64,000 nucleotides of DNA from Yuukianura sp. NJ FZ-2021 (Eukaryota). Shown piece after piece: positions 60,701 through 64,000 of this stretch. Numbering within the stretch: the stretch's first letter is position 1; every line of letters starts with the position of its first letter. The position numbers and the translations under genes were made by a program. The notes beneath the pieces were generated by a model that worked only from the letters and a program-made list of their open reading frames with translations, was not told the DNA's origin and did not search any database. The DNA is taken from positions 8,184,001 through 8,248,000 of the forward strand of contig CM102285.1 of NCBI GenBank assembly GCA_046563655.1. Direction: 5' to 3'.

Positions 60701-63700
60701 TTCATGCAATCCAAAGCACCCCGAGATCAAAAGACGGAGGCAATTAAAAGGAAAAACTTTTGAGGGAAGTTTGAACTGTTTGCGCGTTTTGTACTTCAAA
60801 GGTGGGCATTTGAGTGGTCAACGAGCCTAACCGCTTGGAATGTGGCTAATGAACAGAACAGTACCTGTAGTACTCGGTGGCTGGAGAAGTGGCGTTGGCT
60901 GGACGAGACACATTTTCGGTGGGAATGAAACAGTTTTCGGTGTTCCAGGGATTGTGACATGTTGTCCAAGGCAGGGGAGACGAGAAGGAGTTGATGGTGT
61001 AGTGGAGCGACCACCCCATTGTTATGTTGTAGTACCACGACACAAAGTACGACACTGTCACCGCACAGTAACCAATACCTGCAAAATTTACACATTTCAA
61101 ACAAACAAATTTTTCTAAACAAAGATCTCTAGACAAAATCTGTAGTGAGTATTGCGTAGTTTGTGTGGCGGCCTAATCCCGATTTTTATGCGTATGAAGT
61201 CAGGGGTACAGAAAAATGCTAAACATTTACCTAGATTAGCTAGGGTATGTTAGATTCGGTTAGATTAATGTTAGGCTGACTGAAAATTTTGGCGCCATTT
61301 CTTGGCCGCTAAGACCTGGAACGACTATTTCACTGTTTGTGCCGTCTGGTAATGCGTATTTTTATTGCTTACCTTTGAATAGAGGACAAATCCGCCACAT
61401 ACTAATCGGACCTTGACGAATTGATTGTCCCAGGAGAAGCTCCATGTAGAATATTGGAATGGCACCAAAAATAAGCATGAGGAAGTAGGGGATGAGGAAG
61501 GCCCCTGGAACCGAAAAACAGAAGTCAAGACATTGTTCGGTACACTGACAAACACAACTTGGAATTCGACGCGGCACAGATGCCATGCTTGCAACGGTTA
61601 GACCACATTGGATCCATTTCCGGCAACATTCTTGGAAATTGAATTAGGGATACCAGGAAATAGTACTTTGATTTGAGAAAAACAATTCTTACCGCCTCCA
61701 TTTTTGTAGCAGTAGTAGGGAAATCTTTGGACATTGGCCAAATCCACAGCGAAACCGATAATTGACAGGAGGAAATCGACGCTTTGACCCCACGTTTCAC
61801 GGTCTGGGTCATCCCCAGCAGAGGGAGAGCGATTCCCACTGTGATTCGGCACCCCCTTCCCACCCTCCCCGCCTTCATCTGCTCCTCCGCCTGCCAATTG
61901 AATCCCTGTGAAAATAAACACACATCAGTAAAAACGACGTTATACGAAAGGCAATACGGTAAATCCACTTTTATGAAGAAAAAGTCGATTTGAAAACACA
62001 TTCAAAGCCTTAAAATCTGAAATTTTGAAACCTAATGTCATTCTTGTTTTTATTTTAGCACTAAAAACGCTGAAAGATATGACCGGGCTAAAATGTAGGC
62101 TTCAAATTTCGGAATTGAATTTCGAATTTAAGGAAAAATAATTTTCTTTGTTAATAATTTTCGAAATCTTGCTGAAAACAACGTCAGGCTATTTTTGTGG
62201 CTTAAAGCCCCGAGCATTAGGAAATTTCAACCCCGCTGCGTTTGTACATTTGACTAGACTGAAAATGTTTCATTTTGGATTTGAGAGTGGAGAAAGTGGG
62301 TTGTGCCAAAAGTAAAAGTTTCTCTTGATTGAAGAAAGTGGTTGTAATTAACTGTGGGTCTCTGTGTACTCTTCGTAATGAAGAAGAAGCTCAATCAGGA
62401 GAGGATCCAGAGACGTCTCTTGATTTACTTAATTTATGCGGGAATCAGATCTTCATCCGAAGTAATTAAAAGAAGTGCCCATTGTCACACTATGCCCTCA
62501 CACCTCCTGAAGCACGAAGTCTAATTTGATTTAAGCATCGCTTCACACCCTCCTGAGGTAGTCTCTCGCGTCTATCCGAACCAAATTGAAATTCAATTGT
62601 ATCTTTGTCTAATCTTTTTCCTTAAGAATGATCCCATTTGTTTTGTTCTTGCTTTATCTTAAGCGTATGTTCTTCTGGGGTCATGAATTCCCAAGTAATT
62701 GAAACGTAGATGTCAGAGTGGAGACAATAAAAAGTGATTTAAGCTGCACTAAATAATAAGATGTGAAAAAAGTTATCAAAATGTTTGAGTCGAGTGTAAC
62801 AAGCATTTGTAGTTGAACAAGATTGCATAGTTGTGAACTGGATGTTGTAAACATTCTTTTAAAAGACTGGCAGATCTTGTAGTAGAGTAGTTACATGTTT
62901 GTAGTACGACACTTACAACAACACGGTAGGGGGTTACTGCTTTTCTTATTTTCTCGTTGGTCATAAATTTAGTTCAAAATTACGAGCTTACAAGATACAA
63001 AAGAATTCAAAAAGTAATTGTTTCTGGTAGTAATTACAACCCTAAAGTTTCCTTTGCGGATTAGTACTTTAAAACAACAAGCACACGCTTCATGCGGGCG
63101 TTAGAAACTTGATTGTAAATTTACAAAATAATAAATAAAACGCCTAATTTCATAGCATTAAGTTGGAGCAATGCAATTGGCTAATATTTTGAATTACATA
63201 TCTGCAACACGGTGATAATTAAGCTGTTGATTATACTTTGAAGTATGACTTTTAAAAAAGTGTACAAACTTCATTTGTTAGTCAAACTTCATTTATTGTT
63301 AGATTTTTTTTCAAATGGAATAACTAATGTTATATAGAGGTAGACAAACACTTAAGATTCTGACACTAAAAACACACTGATTTTAGGGAGTGGTTGAAGA
63401 GATTGTTCTGCGTAGCTAAAACGACTTTTATGGCCAATTCCCGTCAAGGATTTCCCAAAGTTGTCGCAATAAGTCAAAAAGTTATGCGACAATATGTTTG
63501 TTTGTGTCAACTTTAAGTTATTTTTTCATCCCTCGTGTTTTGTAGTTTAAACCTTTCAGGTCCATATATGAACAAAAATTTAGTTAAATTCATCTTACCT
63601 GGTGAATTTTTGGAGGCGACTGAGGAACAGTATCCATCATCTTCAATTCGTACATGTAGTCGACTAGTTGGATTTTGCTGGGCTGCTTGAGGGTTGTCTT

Positions 63701-63755
63701 GGATATTGACTGGATTAGGTTGAGTGGTGGTGACCTTGTCAGGGGCAGAGGTCAT
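57777..63755 (-). CDS. SLC6 Na+/Cl- monoamine transporter (octopamine/dopamine transporter-like), exons for N-terminus to TM5: ~63755-63599, 61905-61693, 61504-61373, 61078-60865, 58163-58033, 57916-57777
   Basis: [76 protein letters not shown]1 Asp is diagnostic of monoamine transporters. Confidence 0.93.
59681..59781. repeat. Intronic tandem repeat, ~33-bp unit x3
   Basis: TAAGCTTTGCAAATCCAAAAACCCAGGAAAAAG repeated. Confidence 0.85.
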
Positions 63756-64000
63756 TAGAAGCGGGTCGGACGGTAGGCTGCCAGAGGAATGACGATGGGT
63801 GGGTGAAATGACTGCAATCCGTTTCCCTGGATTAAATAAGAATTCGGAAATTTCAGCTGAAGTGTCAAATTTTGAAATTCATATGACCGTTTTACAGATT
63901 CTAAACAGACACAACGCAAACTGACATGTTGAAGAGCATATGGAAAAGCAATCAAAGCCAGAAGTAAGAACTTAATGTGAAAAAATAAAGTTTAAAGATT

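Overview
Eukaryotic (invertebrate, probably arthropod) DNA with short GT-AG introns and no prokaryotic features. About 1-54 kb is a nested cluster of mobile elements. (i) The 3' part of a Ty3/gypsy LTR retrotransposon carrying TWO tandem class III (gB/rhabdovirus-G-like) env-like genes, one apparently secreted and anchorless, inserted in a Ty1/copia remnant. (ii) Remnants of Polinton/Maverick-type DNA elements: three divergent protein-primed PolB genes, an rve integrase, two minor capsid genes, a major capsid N-terminus, a PC4-like ssDNA-binding protein, zinc-finger and membrane cargo genes, and TIRs at 27013, 29249 and 42380. Several of these genes, most clearly the integrase, contain spliceosomal introns, and one PolB has lost most catalytic residues. 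(iii) An intronless cargo-like block (LRR ORFs, membrane-type matrix metalloproteinase). (iv) Two BEL/Pao fragments, a young 2.55-kb non-autonomous LTR element with a 4-bp TSD, solo-LTR-like pieces and four more env-like fragments. About 55-64 kb holds two host genes on the minus strand separated by a 100-N gap: the 3' end of virilizer/VIRMA and the 5' half of an SLC6 monoamine transporter. All family assignments come from motif recognition by eye; no database searches were run, and many boundaries are approximate.
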